Translations under genes and position numbers: made by a program
The notes under the pieces: generated by a model
The model's database searches: none
The model's input: the letters and a program-made list of their open reading frames with translations, nothing else
Told to the model about the DNA's origin: nothing
From: Gemmatimonadaceae bacterium
GTDB lineage: Bacteria > Gemmatimonadota > Gemmatimonadetes > Gemmatimonadales > Gemmatimonadaceae
Direction: 5' to 3'
Length of the DNA stretch: 64,000 nucleotides
NCBI GenBank assembly: GCA_033763905.1
Contig: JANRJP010000037.1
Coordinates: forward strand, 1-64,000
Shown: in pieces, positions 1 to 11,306 of the stretch
How positions within the stretch are numbered: the first letter of the stretch is position 1
Layout of the letters: each line of letters begins with the position of its first letter

Positions 1-28
1 CCGAACTGGAAGCGGCCAACGTGGGACG

Positions 29-1507
29 ATGTCCAGCTCGCTCGCCGAATTCTCGACCGCGCGACCAGCGCGTGATCCGTACAAGGAACGGCAGGCTCCG
101 TGGTCGGAAGACGCGGAGCAGGCCGTGCTGTCGGCGATGCTGCTCGACGCCGACGCCATTATGCGCGCGAGCGAGATCGTCGAAGCGGATATGTTCTACC
201 GCGAGGGGCACCGCCGGATCTTCCGCGCGATGCTCTCGATCACCGAGCGTGGCGCGGTCGTCGATGTGCTGACACTGGCCGACGAACTCGAGCGTCGCGG
301 TGAACTGGCCGGCTCGGGCGGCAAGGAGTATCTGGGCATTCTCGTCGACGCCGTGCCCACCGCGGCCAACGTCGAGTTCCACGCCGGCATCGTGCGCGAG
401 AAAGCGCTGCTGCGCCGCGTCATCGAGACCTCCACCGACCTCATTGGCGAGGCCTTCGAGGGTCGCCTGACGGCGGTGGATCTGCTCGACGAGGCGGAAC
501 GGCGCGTGCTGGCCCTGTCGCAGAACACCGGCGGTGATCGCGCGGTGCGCCTGAAGGAGCTGCTCTGGCCGGCGATGGAGCGCATCGAGGAGCGGCAGCG
601 CGGCGGTCAGGAGATGACCGGCGTGCCGAGCGGCTTCACCGACTTGGACGAAATGACCAACGGGTTCCAGCCCGGCGACCTGGTCATCATCGCGGCACGT
701 CCGTCGATGGGCAAGACGTCGTTCGCGATGAACATCGCGCTCAACGCCGCGCTCGACGCGAAGAAGAAGGTGTTGATCTTCTCGCTCGAAATGAACAAGG
801 ACTCGCTCGTGCAGCGTCTGCTCACGAGCGAAGCGCGCGTCGATGCTCAGCGCCTTCGCAAGGCGGCGCTGCGCGATGACGACTTCGTACGCTTGGCGCG
901 TGCTGCCGGCCTGCTCGGCCAGGCCGAACTGCTGATCGACGACGCGTCGAACATCGGGATGATGGACATCCGCTCGCGCGCGCGGCGCGTGAAGTCGGAG
1001 ACGGGGCTCGATATGATCGTCGTCGACTATCTGCAGTTCATTCAGGAGCCGCCGGGCGCCGAGAGCCGCGTGCAGGCGGTGTCGCAGATTTCACGCCTGC
1101 TCAAGGCGCTGGCAAAGGAGCTCGAAGTGCCGGTGCTCGCGCTCTCGCAGCTGTCGCGCTCCACCGAGCAGCGCACCGGCGAGTCCCGCGGACGCCCGCA
1201 GCTGGCCGACCTGCGCGACTCCGGCGCGATCGAACAGGACGCCGATCTCGTGATGGGCATCTTCCGCCCCGAGGTCTATGCCCTCAAGGAAGAAGGCAAC
1301 AACGGCGCGCCGGCGCAGATTCCGCAGAACATCGACGGTCTGGCCGAGATCATCATTCTGAAGCAGCGAAACGGGCCCACCGGCACCGTGGAGCTCACGT
1401 TCCAGAAGCAGTACACGCGCTTCGAGAACCGCACCAACCGTCCCGCGCCGCCGGAACTGGCGGGCAGCGCCACGCGCTCGATGCCGCTCCCGCCGCCGCG
1501 CGGCTGA
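29..1507 (+). CDS. dnaB: Replicative DNA helicase
   Basis: N-terminal AEQAVL domain, Walker A ARPSMGKT, VVDYLQ, LSQLSR, DLRDSGAIEQDAD and KQRNGP motifs. Confidence 0.97.
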   Translation: MSSSLAEFSTARPARDPYKERQAPWSEDAEQAVLSAMLLDADAIMRASEIVEADMFYREGHRRIFRAMLSITERGAVVDVLTLADELERRGELAGSGGKEYLGILVDAVPTAANVEFHAGIVREKALLRRVIETSTDLIGEAFEGRLTAVDLLDEAERRVLALSQNTGGDRAVRLKELLWPAMERIEERQRGGQEMTGVPSGFTDLDEMTNGFQPGDLVIIAARPSMGKTSFAMNIALNAALDAKKKVLIFSLEMNKDSLVQRLLTSEARVDAQRLRKAALRDDDFVRLARAAGLLGQAELLIDDASNIGMMDIRSRARRVKSETGLDMIVVDYLQFIQEPPGAESRVQAVSQISRLLKALAKELEVPVLALSQLSRSTEQRTGESRGRPQLADLRDSGAIEQDADLVMGIFRPEVYALKEEGNNGAPAQIPQNIDGLAEIIILKQRNGPTGTVELTFQKQYTRFENRTNRPAPPELAGSATRSMPLPPPRG

Positions 1508-1509
1508 CC

Positions 1510-2895
1510 GTGGCCACCAAGACCCGGACCGTCTTCCGCTGCACCGAGTGCGGCACCGAAGCCCCGAAGTGGAGCGGCAAGTGCGACGGGTGCGGGGAGT
1601 GGAACACGCTGGTCGAAGAACTCGCCGCGCCCAAGTCGGCGAAGCCACTGCGCGGGAGTGCACGCTCCGCCGAGTCCGGTGGCGCCCCGCCGGGCCAGAC
1701 GCGCCGATTGGCCGATGTCAGTGGCGCCGAGACCTCGCGCTGGTCCACGGGCATCGGCGAGTTCGACTTCGTGCTTGGGGGCGGGCTGGTGCCGGGGAGC
1801 GTGGTGCTGGTCGGCGGCGAGCCCGGCATCGGCAAGTCCACGTTGCTCCTGCAGGTGGCGGCGCTGCTCACACGATCCGGCCGACCCTGTCTGTACGTCA
1901 GCGGCGAAGAAAGCGCGCTGCAGGTCAAGTTGCGCGCGGCTCGGCTGGACGGCGGCGCCGACGACGTGCAGTTGCTCAGCGAGACGGCCCTCGAAACCAT
2001 TGCCGCCACCGCGGTGGACCAGCGTCCCGCCGCGATGATCATCGACTCGATTCAAACCGTCTACACGGCGGAACTCGAAGGCGCGCCCGGCAACGTGGGC
2101 CAGGTCCGCGAGTGTGCCGCGCGGCTGATGCGGCTCGCGAAAGACACCGGCATCGCGGTGATTCTGGTGGGCCACGTCACCAAGGGCGGCGGCATTGCCG
2201 GCCCCAAGACGCTGGAGCACATCGTCGACACCGTGCTGTACTTCGAAGGTGACGGCTCGCTCGATCACCGTGTGCTTCGCGCGACGAAGAATCGCTTTGG
2301 GTCGGTCGACGAAATCGGCGTCTTCCGAATGACCGGCACCGGCCTCGTGCCGGTGGAGAACCCGAGCGAGCTGTTTCTCGGCGACCGGTCGAACCCCGCG
2401 AGCGGTAGCGCGGTGACGGCGTTGATCGAAGGCTCGCGCCCGGTACTGCTCGAGATTCAGGCCTTGGCGGCGAAGGCCGGATTCGGCACGCCGCAGCGCG
2501 TGGCCACCGGCTACGATGGCCGACGCTTGGCGCTGCTGTTGGCGGTGCTGGAGCGTCGCGCCGGGCTGGCTTTTGGCACGCTCGATGTCTTCCTGAACGT
2601 GGTCGGCGGCGCGCGGCTCGTGGAGCCGGTGGGCGATCTTGCCGTGGCGGTGGCGCTGGCCTCGAGCGTGTTTGATCGCGCGCTGCCGGCCGAGGCGGTG
2701 TTCGTCGGGGAAGTTGGGCTCGGCGGCGAGATTCGCCCCGTGGCGCAGGCCGAGCGCCGACTCGCGGAGGCGGCGCGGATGGGCATTTCCGTGGCGTATC
2801 TGAGCGACCGCGGCGTGCCGCGCAGCGTGCCCACCGGCATACGCGCGGTTGGCGTACGTACCGTGGCCGACTGTCTCCAGCGCCTGTTCCCGTAA
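1510..2895 (+). CDS. radA: DNA repair protein RadA/Sms
   Basis: N-terminal C4 zinc finger (CTECG...CDGC), GEPGIGKST, KNRFG motif, Lon-like C-terminus. Confidence 0.97.
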   Translation: MATKTRTVFRCTECGTEAPKWSGKCDGCGEWNTLVEELAAPKSAKPLRGSARSAESGGAPPGQTRRLADVSGAETSRWSTGIGEFDFVLGGGLVPGSVVLVGGEPGIGKSTLLLQVAALLTRSGRPCLYVSGEESALQVKLRAARLDGGADDVQLLSETALETIAATAVDQRPAAMIIDSIQTVYTAELEGAPGNVGQVRECAARLMRLAKDTGIAVILVGHVTKGGGIAGPKTLEHIVDTVLYFEGDGSLDHRVLRATKNRFGSVDEIGVFRMTGTGLVPVENPSELFLGDRSNPASGSAVTALIEGSRPVLLEIQALAAKAGFGTPQRVATGYDGRRLALLLAVLERRAGLAFGTLDVFLNVVGGARLVEPVGDLAVAVALASSVFDRALPAEAVFVGEVGLGGEIRPVAQAERRLAEAARMGISVAYLSDRGVPRSVPTGIRAVGVRTVADCLQRLFP

Positions 2896-2917
2896 TGCTC
2901 TGTTTGGGATCCCACTG

Positions 2918-3742
2918 ATGCACGACCATTCGCACGACGATCACGCGTCGCACGACCCCGGCGAGTTGCACGACGGCGAGCACGTCGGCACGCGCGCGCC
3001 CGGCCACGTGCCGCGCAATGCCACACCCGCCGAGCTGGCCAAGGGCGCGGCGCCCGACGCCAACGTGGGGGTCATCATCGTGGCGGCGGGTTCGGGCACA
3101 CGCGTCGGCGGTACCGAACTGAAGCAGTTCCGATGGATCGCCGGCAAACCGATGCTCCTGCATTCGGTGCAGCAGTTTCAGCGGCGGTCCGACGTCGCAA
3201 TGGTCGTGGTGGCGCTGCCCAAGTCGCACGCGGCGGACCCGCCGCCGTGGCTCTTTCAGTGCGATCTCGACCGGCTCCTCGTCACCGCCGGCGGCCGCGA
3301 GCGCAGTGATTCGGTGTTCAACGGGCTGGACGATATGCCCGACGAAGTCACGACGATCATCGTGCACGACGCCGCGCGCCCCTTGGTGCCCGACGACGTG
3401 ATTTCCCGCGTCATTGCCAAGGCGGCCGAGGGCGTCGGCGCGGTGGCGGCCTTGCCGGTGGTGGACACTCTCAAGGAAGTCGACGACGAGGGTCGCATCG
3501 TGCGCACGGTCGATCGCGCGCGACTCTGGCGGGCGCAGACCCCGCAGGCCTTCCCGCGGGAAATGCTCGAGCGCGCCCACGTCGAGGCACGGCAGCAGGG
3601 CATCACCGCTACCGATGACGCGGCGCTCTGTGAGCGGCTGGGGTTGCCGGTCGTGGTGGTGCGGGGCAGTGAACGCGCAATGAAGATCACCGAGGAGGGC
3701 GACTTCACGCGCGCCGAAGCGCTGCACGCGGCGGACGGGTGA
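2918..3742 (+). CDS. ispD: 2-C-methyl-D-erythritol 4-phosphate cytidylyltransferase with His-rich N-terminal extension
   Basis: AAGSGTR, GGRERSDSV, VHDAARP, QTPQAF, KIT motifs; start taken at ATG 2918 (uncertain). Confidence 0.92.
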   Translation: MHDHSHDDHASHDPGELHDGEHVGTRAPGHVPRNATPAELAKGAAPDANVGVIIVAAGSGTRVGGTELKQFRWIAGKPMLLHSVQQFQRRSDVAMVVVALPKSHAADPPPWLFQCDLDRLLVTAGGRERSDSVFNGLDDMPDEVTTIIVHDAARPLVPDDVISRVIAKAAEGVGAVAALPVVDTLKEVDDEGRIVRTVDRARLWRAQTPQAFPREMLERAHVEARQQGITATDDAALCERLGLPVVVVRGSERAMKITEEGDFTRAEALHAADG

Positions 3743-4410
3743 GCGTCGACCTGCGCCCGGTGCCGTTCTGGTCGCCGGAGGAAGTCGAGCAGTCGCTCAG
3801 CGGGACGATCGCGCACCTGCGCGACGGTGGCATCCTCGCGTATCCCACCGAAACGGTCTACGGCTTTGGGACGGCCATCGACCACGCGTCGGTTGAGAAG
3901 TTGGTGGCGATGAAGCGTCGCCCCCCGGCGAAGCCCTTCCTGTTGCTGGTGGCCGGCATCGATATGCTGGCGAAGCTCGACGTCATCTTGCCGACCGCAG
4001 CGGCCCAGTTGGCGGCGCGGCACTGGCCGGGGCCGCTGACGCTGGTGCTCGCCGGCGGAGAGCGGCGCGTGCCGGCCCGGCTCCGCGGTCCTGAGGGGGG
4101 AATCGCCGTGCGGTGGACCCCGCACGAAGGCCTCGGCCGACTGCTGCGGGCCTACGGGGATGCCCTCACATCCACCAGTGCGAACCTCCCAGGGGTGCCA
4201 CCGGCGGCCTCGGCTAGCGAGATTATACAGGCGTGGGGGAGTGCGGTTGCGCGTGGGGAACTCCGGGTGCTCGACGGAGGACGTCTGGCGCCGTCCCCTC
4301 CTTCCACGGTGGTGGACTGTACCGGCCGACGGCTTCGTGTGATTCGACCAGGTGCAATCTCTGCTGCCGTCCTGCGCGAAAGCGTACCGGACCTGATTGG
4401 AGACGCCTGA
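3739..4410 (+). CDS. tsaC: L-threonylcarbamoyladenylate synthase (YrdC/Sua5 family)
   Basis: PTETVYG, KRRP, WPGPLT, STSAN and PSTVVD motifs. Confidence 0.93.
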   Translation: MSVDLRPVPFWSPEEVEQSLSGTIAHLRDGGILAYPTETVYGFGTAIDHASVEKLVAMKRRPPAKPFLLLVAGIDMLAKLDVILPTAAAQLAARHWPGPLTLVLAGGERRVPARLRGPEGGIAVRWTPHEGLGRLLRAYGDALTSTSANLPGVPPAASASEIIQAWGSAVARGELRVLDGGRLAPSPPSTVVDCTGRRLRVIRPGAISAAVLRESVPDLIGDA

Positions 4411-4416
4411 CTCGGG

Positions 4417-4884
4417 ATGCGACTGCTCATCGTCTGCACGGGCAACACCTGCCGCAGTCCACTCGCGGAGGGGTTGGCGCGACGCCTCGCGGCGGAGCGC
4501 GGGATGGAGGTGACCGTGTCGAGCGCCGGTACGTCGGCGTGGGACGGCGCCCCCGCGTCGGATGGCTCGTTGTTGGTGGCACTGGAGCACGACCTCGATT
4601 TGTCCGCGCACCGGACGCGTCAGCTCACTCGTGAGCTGGTCGCCGACGCGGAGTTGATTCTCACGATGGGCCCGCATCACCTCGAGCGCGTCGAAGCGCT
4701 GGGCGGGTCCGGCAAGTCTCATCTGCTGCTGGCGTATGCGTCGAATGGCGCGGACCTCTCGGCGGTGAGTGATCCCTTTGGTGGCGACCTCGACGTGTAC
4801 CGCGCCACCTATCAGGAACTCGATCGTGCGTTGCGCCGCGTCCTCGACCGGCTCACCGCTGATCGCCAGAAGACCGACGCGTGA
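4417..4884 (+). CDS. Low molecular weight protein phosphatase, probably YwlE-like arginine phosphatase
   Basis: P-loop CTGNTCRS, SAGT, DPFGG. Confidence 0.9.
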   Translation: MRLLIVCTGNTCRSPLAEGLARRLAAERGMEVTVSSAGTSAWDGAPASDGSLLVALEHDLDLSAHRTRQLTRELVADAELILTMGPHHLERVEALGGSGKSHLLLAYASNGADLSAVSDPFGGDLDVYRATYQELDRALRRVLDRLTADRQKTDA

Positions 4885-5705
4885 TCCGACTCCCGAAGCT
4901 CATCCTGCTGGGCCATCCTGTCAGCCACTCGCTGTCGCCCGCCATTCACAACGCCGCGCTCGAGAAGGCCGGCACTGATCTGCGCTACGAGACGCTGGAC
5001 GTCACGGCGGCCAAGCTCGACGCTACGCTCGACAAGGCGATGGCCGAGAGCTGGGCGGGCAATGTGACGGTGCCGCTCAAGGAGGAGTTCTTCGAGCGCT
5101 GTGGCAAGCTCACGCCCATCGCCGAGCGGGCCGGGGCAGTGAACACCTTCCGCGTCCGGAACGGCGTGCTGATGGGCCACAACACCGACGTCGGCGGATT
5201 CGACGCGGCGGTGCGTCGCCTCTTCGGCGGCGATCTGCCGGTAATGCCGGTGGTCGCGCTGCTCGGTGCCGGTGGTGGTGCCCGCGCGGCGCTTGCCGCG
5301 ATGGAGCGCTGGCCCGACGCCAAGGTGCGCATCTGGTCGCGAAAGAAGGAGCGCGCCAAGGCCGTCGCGGAGCGCTATCCGAAGGTCGCCGAGGCCGTCG
5401 AAAAGAAGGAGCAGGCGCTGGAGGGCGCGACGCTGGTCATCAACGCTACCCCGTTGGGCCTCAAGGAAGGCGACGCGATGATCGTTCCCGCCGAGAAGGT
5501 GCCGGCGTCGGCGGTGGCGATCGATCTGGCGTACCACAAGGGCGGTACGGCGTGGGTCCAGGCGCTGCGCAAGCGTGGGATCAAGGCCGAAGACGGCTTG
5601 GCGATGCTGGTGGAGCAGGCGGCCCTCGCGTGGTCGTGGTGGTTCGGCGCCGATGCCGATCGCGCCGTGATGTCTGCCGCCGTAGGACTCAAGGACCCGG
5701 TCTAA
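4881..5705 (+). CDS. aroE: Shikimate dehydrogenase
   Basis: GHPVSHSLSP, NVTVPLK, AVNT, NTD, GAGGGARA, NATPLG, GLAMLVEQA. Confidence 0.94.
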   Translation: MIRLPKLILLGHPVSHSLSPAIHNAALEKAGTDLRYETLDVTAAKLDATLDKAMAESWAGNVTVPLKEEFFERCGKLTPIAERAGAVNTFRVRNGVLMGHNTDVGGFDAAVRRLFGGDLPVMPVVALLGAGGGARAALAAMERWPDAKVRIWSRKKERAKAVAERYPKVAEAVEKKEQALEGATLVINATPLGLKEGDAMIVPAEKVPASAVAIDLAYHKGGTAWVQALRKRGIKAEDGLAMLVEQAALAWSWWFGADADRAVMSAAVGLKDPV

Positions 5706-5790
5706 GGCCGGTCGAGTCGGGGCGTTCGAATGCGCCCAGCGGCAACAACGTGATCCCGCACCCGGAGCGCCACGCGACCTATGATGTCGT

Positions 5791-6525
5791 GTGGCGCTCT
5801 TGGCATCTCTTCTCCGGGCGGCGCGTCCGCTCCTCGATTTCGCGCTGCCGCGGGTCTGTGTGCCCTGCGGTCTCCCGTCGACTGACCTAGTGTGCGACGA
5901 CTGTCTCGCCGCGATGCGGCCGCTGCCTCGGCCGCGTTGTGACCGCTGTGGTCACCCGCGACCACCCGCGACTCCGTGCCGGCTGTGCCCGGCGTTGCCG
6001 CAGCGGCTCATTTGGGGGCGGAGCGCCGTCTGGGCCACGGACGAGGTGCCCCGCGCGCTGCTGCACGCCTTCAAATACGACGGGTGGCCGGTGCTGGCCG
6101 AACCGCTGGCCGACTGGATGGCGGCCCTGGGTCCGCCGCCCGCGTCGCCGACGCGACGCGGGGTCCTCGTGCCCGTGCCGATGGCCGCGTCCAAGCGGCG
6201 GGAGCGGGGCTACAACCAAGCGGAGCGGCTCGCGGTGGCGCTCGGGCGCCGCTGGGGCTGGCCGGTGCATCCCGACCTCCTGCACAGAATTCGCGCCGCG
6301 AAGTCGCAAGCGCAATTGCACGCAGCCGAGCGACAGACGAATATTCAAGGCTGTTTCGCTCCGGCTTCCGGCGCACGGCTTCACCGGCTGTCGATTGTGC
6401 TGGTGGACGACGTGTGCACGACCGGGGCGACGCTCGGCGAATGCGCAGGTGCCCTCGCGGGTGCCGGAGCGGATTCGATCTCCTTCATCACGTTCGGCCG
6501 CGCCCGCACCCCGGGCGAGAGGTAG
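5791..6525 (+). CDS. comF: ComF family protein (double zinc ribbon plus phosphoribosyltransferase-like domain)
   Basis: CxxC pairs, FKY, VPVP, RGYNQA, LVDDVCTTGAT. Confidence 0.9.
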   Translation: MALLASLLRAARPLLDFALPRVCVPCGLPSTDLVCDDCLAAMRPLPRPRCDRCGHPRPPATPCRLCPALPQRLIWGRSAVWATDEVPRALLHAFKYDGWPVLAEPLADWMAALGPPPASPTRRGVLVPVPMAASKRRERGYNQAERLAVALGRRWGWPVHPDLLHRIRAAKSQAQLHAAERQTNIQGCFAPASGARLHRLSIVLVDDVCTTGATLGECAGALAGAGADSISFITFGRARTPGER

Positions 6526-7545
<1,020 letters not shown>

Positions 7546-7562
7546 GTCTGACGGCACGATGA

Positions 7563-7608
7563 GCGCCACGCGGATCGCATCGACGAGATCGGGCGATTCG
7601 CGTGGCGC
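7563..7608 (+). other. Intergenic RNA stem-loop between gap and pgk (no U-tract)
   Basis: GCGCCACGCGGATCGC (7563-7578) pairs with GCGATTCGCGTGGCGC (7593-7608); 16-bp stem with one G-U pair. Confidence 0.65.
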
Positions 7609-7629
7609 CTGTGCTTCTGCCCCCGCCCA

Positions 7630-8826
7630 ATGAACAAGAAGACGATTCGCGATCTGACCGCCGCGCAGCTCGAAGGCAAGCGTGCGCTGGTCCGTGTGGA
7701 CTTCAACGTCCCGCTCACCGATGACGGCGCGGTGGCTGACGACACGCGCCTGCTCGCTGCGCTGCCGACCCTCGAGGCCCTCGCCGCGGCCGGCGCGGCG
7801 GTGATTCTGCTGAGCCACCTCGGGCGGCCGAAGGCCAAGCCCGAGGCCAAATACTCGCTGGCGCCGGTCGCGGCGCGTCTGGCGCAGCTTACGAACCGGC
7901 CGGTCGCGTTCTTCGGCGAGACCGACACCGACGCCGCGGTGGCGCGGTCGAAGGCCACGCCGATCGGGTCGTTCTTGCTCCTCGAGAACACCCGCTTTCT
8001 GCCGGGCGAGGAGTCGAACGACGAGGCCCTGTCCAAGCGTTTCGCGCAGTTGGGCGACGTCTACGTCAACGATGCGTTCGGGACGGCGCATCGCGCCCAC
8101 GCGAGCACCGAGGGCGTCGCGCGCTTCCTCACGCCGGCGGTGGCGGGGCTCTTGATGCAAAAGGAACTCGACTATCTCGGCGGCGCTCTCGAGAACCCGA
8201 AGCGGCCGTTTGTGGCCATTCTCGGTGGGTCCAAGATCTCCGGCAAGATCGACGTCATCGAAGCCCTGCTACCCAAGGCCGATGCCATTCTCGTCGGTGG
8301 CGCGATGGCCTGCACGTTCTACAAGGCGATGGGGCTCGAGACGGGGACGTCACTCGTCGAGCCGGACCGCCTGGAGATGGCGGAGGATCTCGTCGAGCGG
8401 GCCGGAACCGTGCTCATTCTGCCGCACGATGCCACCGTGGCGCCGAGCATCGACGAGCGGGCCAAGCACCGCGCGGTCAAGAAGGACGGCATCGGCCCCA
8501 AGGACGCGATGCTCGACATTGGTCCCGATACCGCCGCGAGCTACGCCCGCGCCATCACCAGTGCCAAGACGGTCGTCTGGAACGGCCCAATGGGCGTCTT
8601 CGAGAAGCCGCCGCTGGACGCCGGGACGCTGGCGATTGCCAAGGCGATGGCCGAGGCGACCAAGAAGGGCGCGGTGACGATCGTCGGCGGCGGTGATTCT
8701 GCGGCGGCGATCGAGCAGGCGGGTCTCGCCGACCAGGTGTCGCACGTCTCCACCGGGGGCGGGGCCTCGCTGGAATTCCTCGAAGGCAAAGTGCTGCCCG
8801 GCGTTGCCATTCTCGACGAGCGCTGA
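7630..8826 (+). CDS. pgk: Phosphoglycerate kinase
   Basis: [46 protein letters not shown]. Confidence 0.98.
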   Translation: MNKKTIRDLTAAQLEGKRALVRVDFNVPLTDDGAVADDTRLLAALPTLEALAAAGAAVILLSHLGRPKAKPEAKYSLAPVAARLAQLTNRPVAFFGETDTDAAVARSKATPIGSFLLLENTRFLPGEESNDEALSKRFAQLGDVYVNDAFGTAHRAHASTEGVARFLTPAVAGLLMQKELDYLGGALENPKRPFVAILGGSKISGKIDVIEALLPKADAILVGGAMACTFYKAMGLETGTSLVEPDRLEMAEDLVERAGTVLILPHDATVAPSIDERAKHRAVKKDGIGPKDAMLDIGPDTAASYARAITSAKTVVWNGPMGVFEKPPLDAGTLAIAKAMAEATKKGAVTIVGGGDSAAAIEQAGLADQVSHVSTGGGASLEFLEGKVLPGVAILDER

Positions 8827-8859
8827 GCGCTCGCGATCACCCACTTCTTCGCGTCTCTG

Positions 8860-9612
8860 ATGCTTCGCAAGCCTGTCATCGCCGCCAACTGGAAGATGCA
8901 CCTCGGGCCCCAAAAGGCCCGCGCCTTCGCCGCGGAACTCGCGGCGTCCCTCAAGCCGCAGGGGGACCGGACGGTGATGCTGTTCCCGCCCGCCGTGTCG
9001 CTGTCGGTCGTCACTGGCGTGCTCTACGATCGCCCGGATCTCGTCATCGGCGTGCAGAACATCCACGGCGACGACACCGGCGCCTTCACCGGTGAGACCT
9101 CGGCGCCGATGGCCAAGGAGGCCGGTGCGCGCGCCGCGCTGGTGGGGCACTCGGAGCGGCGCCACGTGTTCGGCGAGACGGACGCCCAGCAGGCGCGGAA
9201 GGTCGCGGCCGCCTTCCGCCACGGGCTCAAGCCGGTGCTCTGCGTTGGCGAGACCTTGGCCGAGCGGGAGTCGGGCAAGGCCGACGATGTCGTGCTTCGC
9301 CAATTGGTGTCGGTGGCGGAGACGCTGGACGACGCACAATTGCACGAGCTCACGATTGCCTACGAGCCGGTGTGGGCCATCGGGACCGGCAAGACCGCCA
9401 CGCCGGCGGACGCCAGCGCGATGCACGCGGTGATTCGCGAAGCGCTACACCGGCGGCTGGGCGACGCGGCAGTGCAGGTGCCCATTCTGTACGGCGGCTC
9501 GGTGAAGCCCGACAACGCCCGTGCGCTGCTCGATTCCAGCGACGTCGACGGCCTGCTCGTGGGCGGCGCGTCGCTCGATGTGGCGTCCTGGGTCGCCATC
9601 GCCACGGCGTAG
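8860..9612 (+). CDS. tpiA: Triosephosphate isomerase
   Basis: [34 protein letters not shown]. Confidence 0.98.
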   Translation: MLRKPVIAANWKMHLGPQKARAFAAELAASLKPQGDRTVMLFPPAVSLSVVTGVLYDRPDLVIGVQNIHGDDTGAFTGETSAPMAKEAGARAALVGHSERRHVFGETDAQQARKVAAAFRHGLKPVLCVGETLAERESGKADDVVLRQLVSVAETLDDAQLHELTIAYEPVWAIGTGKTATPADASAMHAVIREALHRRLGDAAVQVPILYGGSVKPDNARALLDSSDVDGLLVGGASLDVASWVAIATA

Positions 9613-9710
9613 GCTCGGTACGGGTGCCGCCAGGGCCGGATGTGGCCCTTGAGCCAGCGCCGCAACGTGATGATATTCAAAGGCTTCCCTCGCTTCCTCC
9701 AATTCGGCCG

Positions 9711-10112
9711 ATGTACGTCTTCTTGCTCTCCATTCTGGTCCTGGTCTGCGTGCTGCTGATCGGGGCGATCCTTTTGCAGTCCGGCAAGGGCGGCGGGCTC
9801 GCGTCCACGTTCGGCGGTTCGTCGTCGCAGGCCGACGCGATCCTCGGCACGCGGCAGGCGGGTAACCTGTTGACGACGGCGTCCTGGTGGTTGGGCGGGG
9901 GCTTCCTCCTCCTCTCGTTCGTGCTCTCGTTGCTCTCGGCCCGCGGCCGCACGCCGACGTCGGTGCTCGACAAGGCGTTCAGCACGCCGGCGACGGCTCC
10001 GGCGACGACCCCCGCTCCGGCGACGGGCTCAGCTCCGGCGGCGCCGGCGGCTGGCGTGCCGCTCGCGCCGGCCGGCGGTGAGACGAAGGCCCCGGCGACG
10101 AAGACGCCGTAA
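9711..10112 (+). CDS. secG: Preprotein translocase subunit SecG with Pro/Ala-rich tail
   Basis: TM-LLQSGKGGGL..FGG-TM pattern; usual position after tpiA; ATG 9711 lies inside ORF 9372..10112. Confidence 0.9.
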   Translation: MYVFLLSILVLVCVLLIGAILLQSGKGGGLASTFGGSSSQADAILGTRQAGNLLTTASWWLGGGFLLLSFVLSLLSARGRTPTSVLDKAFSTPATAPATTPAPATGSAPAAPAAGVPLAPAGGETKAPATKTP

Positions 10113-11234
10113 GTGAGCGCGACCAGCGTTCCGGGGTTCCTCCTCCTCGAGGATGGAACCCTTTTTCACGGCCGCGTGGTCGGACCGACCGCGCCCGCCG
10201 TCGCCGAAGTCGTGTTCACGACGAACATGACCGGCTACCAGGAGGTGTTCACCGACCCCTCCTTCAAGGGCCAGATCGTCGTGATGACGGCTACGATGAT
10301 CGGCAACTACGGCGTGAACGAAGCGGACCCCGAGTCGACCGGACCGCAGGTCGCCGGCATCGTCGTGCGAGAGCTCGCCGCCGCGCATTCCAACTGGCGC
10401 GCGACGGGCGATCTGCGGAGCTACCTCGCCAAGCACGGCATTCCGGCGCTGACCGAGGTCGACACGCGGGCCCTCACCCGCCACCTCCGCACCGTCGGAG
10501 TGATGCGCGGCGTGATCGGGGTCGGCGAAGCCGTCACCCCCGAGGCGCGCGCCGCCTTGGACGCCTGCCCTGCGATGGAAGGTCTGGATCTCGCGACGGT
10601 CGTCTCGACGCGTGAGCCGTACACCTGGGGCCCGGCCGATGCGAAGACCCACATCGTCGCCCTCGACTTCGGCATCAAGCGCAACATTCTGCGACTGTTC
10701 GAGCAGGAAGGCTGCCGCATTACTGTTGTGCCGTCCGATACGTCGGTGACCGACATCCTGGCCCTGAAGCCGGATGGGGTGTTCCTGAGCAATGGGCCCG
10801 GCGATCCGGCAGCGATCCACTACGCGCCGACGACGATTCGGGGCGTGGCCGATGCGGGCGTGCCGATTTTCGGGATCTGCCTCGGCCACCAGTTGCTGGG
10901 GCTGACGTTCGGCGGCGAGACCTACAAGCTCCCCTACGGCCATCGGGGCGGGAATCAGCCGGTCAAGGAGATGGCGACCGGCAAGATCCTGATCACAAGC
11001 CAGAATCACGGTTTCGCCGTGCGTGGGAACGAGCGCGAAATCACCGGCGCCCCGGACCTCGTGCCGACGTACATCAACTGCAATGACGGTTCGGTGGAGG
11101 GGCTCCGGCACCGCTCGCTGCCGATCTTCGCCGTCCAGTACCACCCCGAGGCCGCCCCGGGGCCCCACGACGCCCGCCCGCACTTCCCGGAGTACCTCGC
11201 GTCGGTTCGGTCGCGAGCGGCACAAGGTCGCTAA
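10113..11234 (+). CDS. carA: Carbamoyl-phosphate synthase small subunit
   Basis: EVVFTTNMTGYQE, LSNGPGDP, GICLGHQ, SQNHGFAV, QYHPEA. Confidence 0.97.
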   Translation: MSATSVPGFLLLEDGTLFHGRVVGPTAPAVAEVVFTTNMTGYQEVFTDPSFKGQIVVMTATMIGNYGVNEADPESTGPQVAGIVVRELAAAHSNWRATGDLRSYLAKHGIPALTEVDTRALTRHLRTVGVMRGVIGVGEAVTPEARAALDACPAMEGLDLATVVSTREPYTWGPADAKTHIVALDFGIKRNILRLFEQEGCRITVVPSDTSVTDILALKPDGVFLSNGPGDPAAIHYAPTTIRGVADAGVPIFGICLGHQLLGLTFGGETYKLPYGHRGGNQPVKEMATGKILITSQNHGFAVRGNEREITGAPDLVPTYINCNDGSVEGLRHRSLPIFAVQYHPEAAPGPHDARPHFPEYLASVRSRAAQGR

Positions 11235-11238
11235 CCTC

Positions 11239-11268
11239 TTGACAGTCAACGTACTACGGCCCTAGCCT
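11239..11268 (+). promoter_or_regulatory. Putative sigma70 promoter of HU/IHF gene
   Basis: TTGACA-18 nt-TAGCCT upstream of ATG 11307; the -35 lies within a TTGAC-A-GTCAA dyad. Confidence 0.6.
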
Positions 11269-11306
11269 TGGCCTGTACGTTACGACCCTGAGCGCCGAGT
11301 TCGCGG

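Noticed and set aside
29..1507. Possible intein in DnaB
   Set aside because: Normal length and uninterrupted helicase motifs.
9613..10112. tRNA-Leu often found near secG
   Set aside because: No cloverleaf or T-loop consensus is visible, and carA starts immediately after secG.
10113..11234. carA without adjacent carB
   Set aside because: Split carA and carB loci are common; carB is probably elsewhere.
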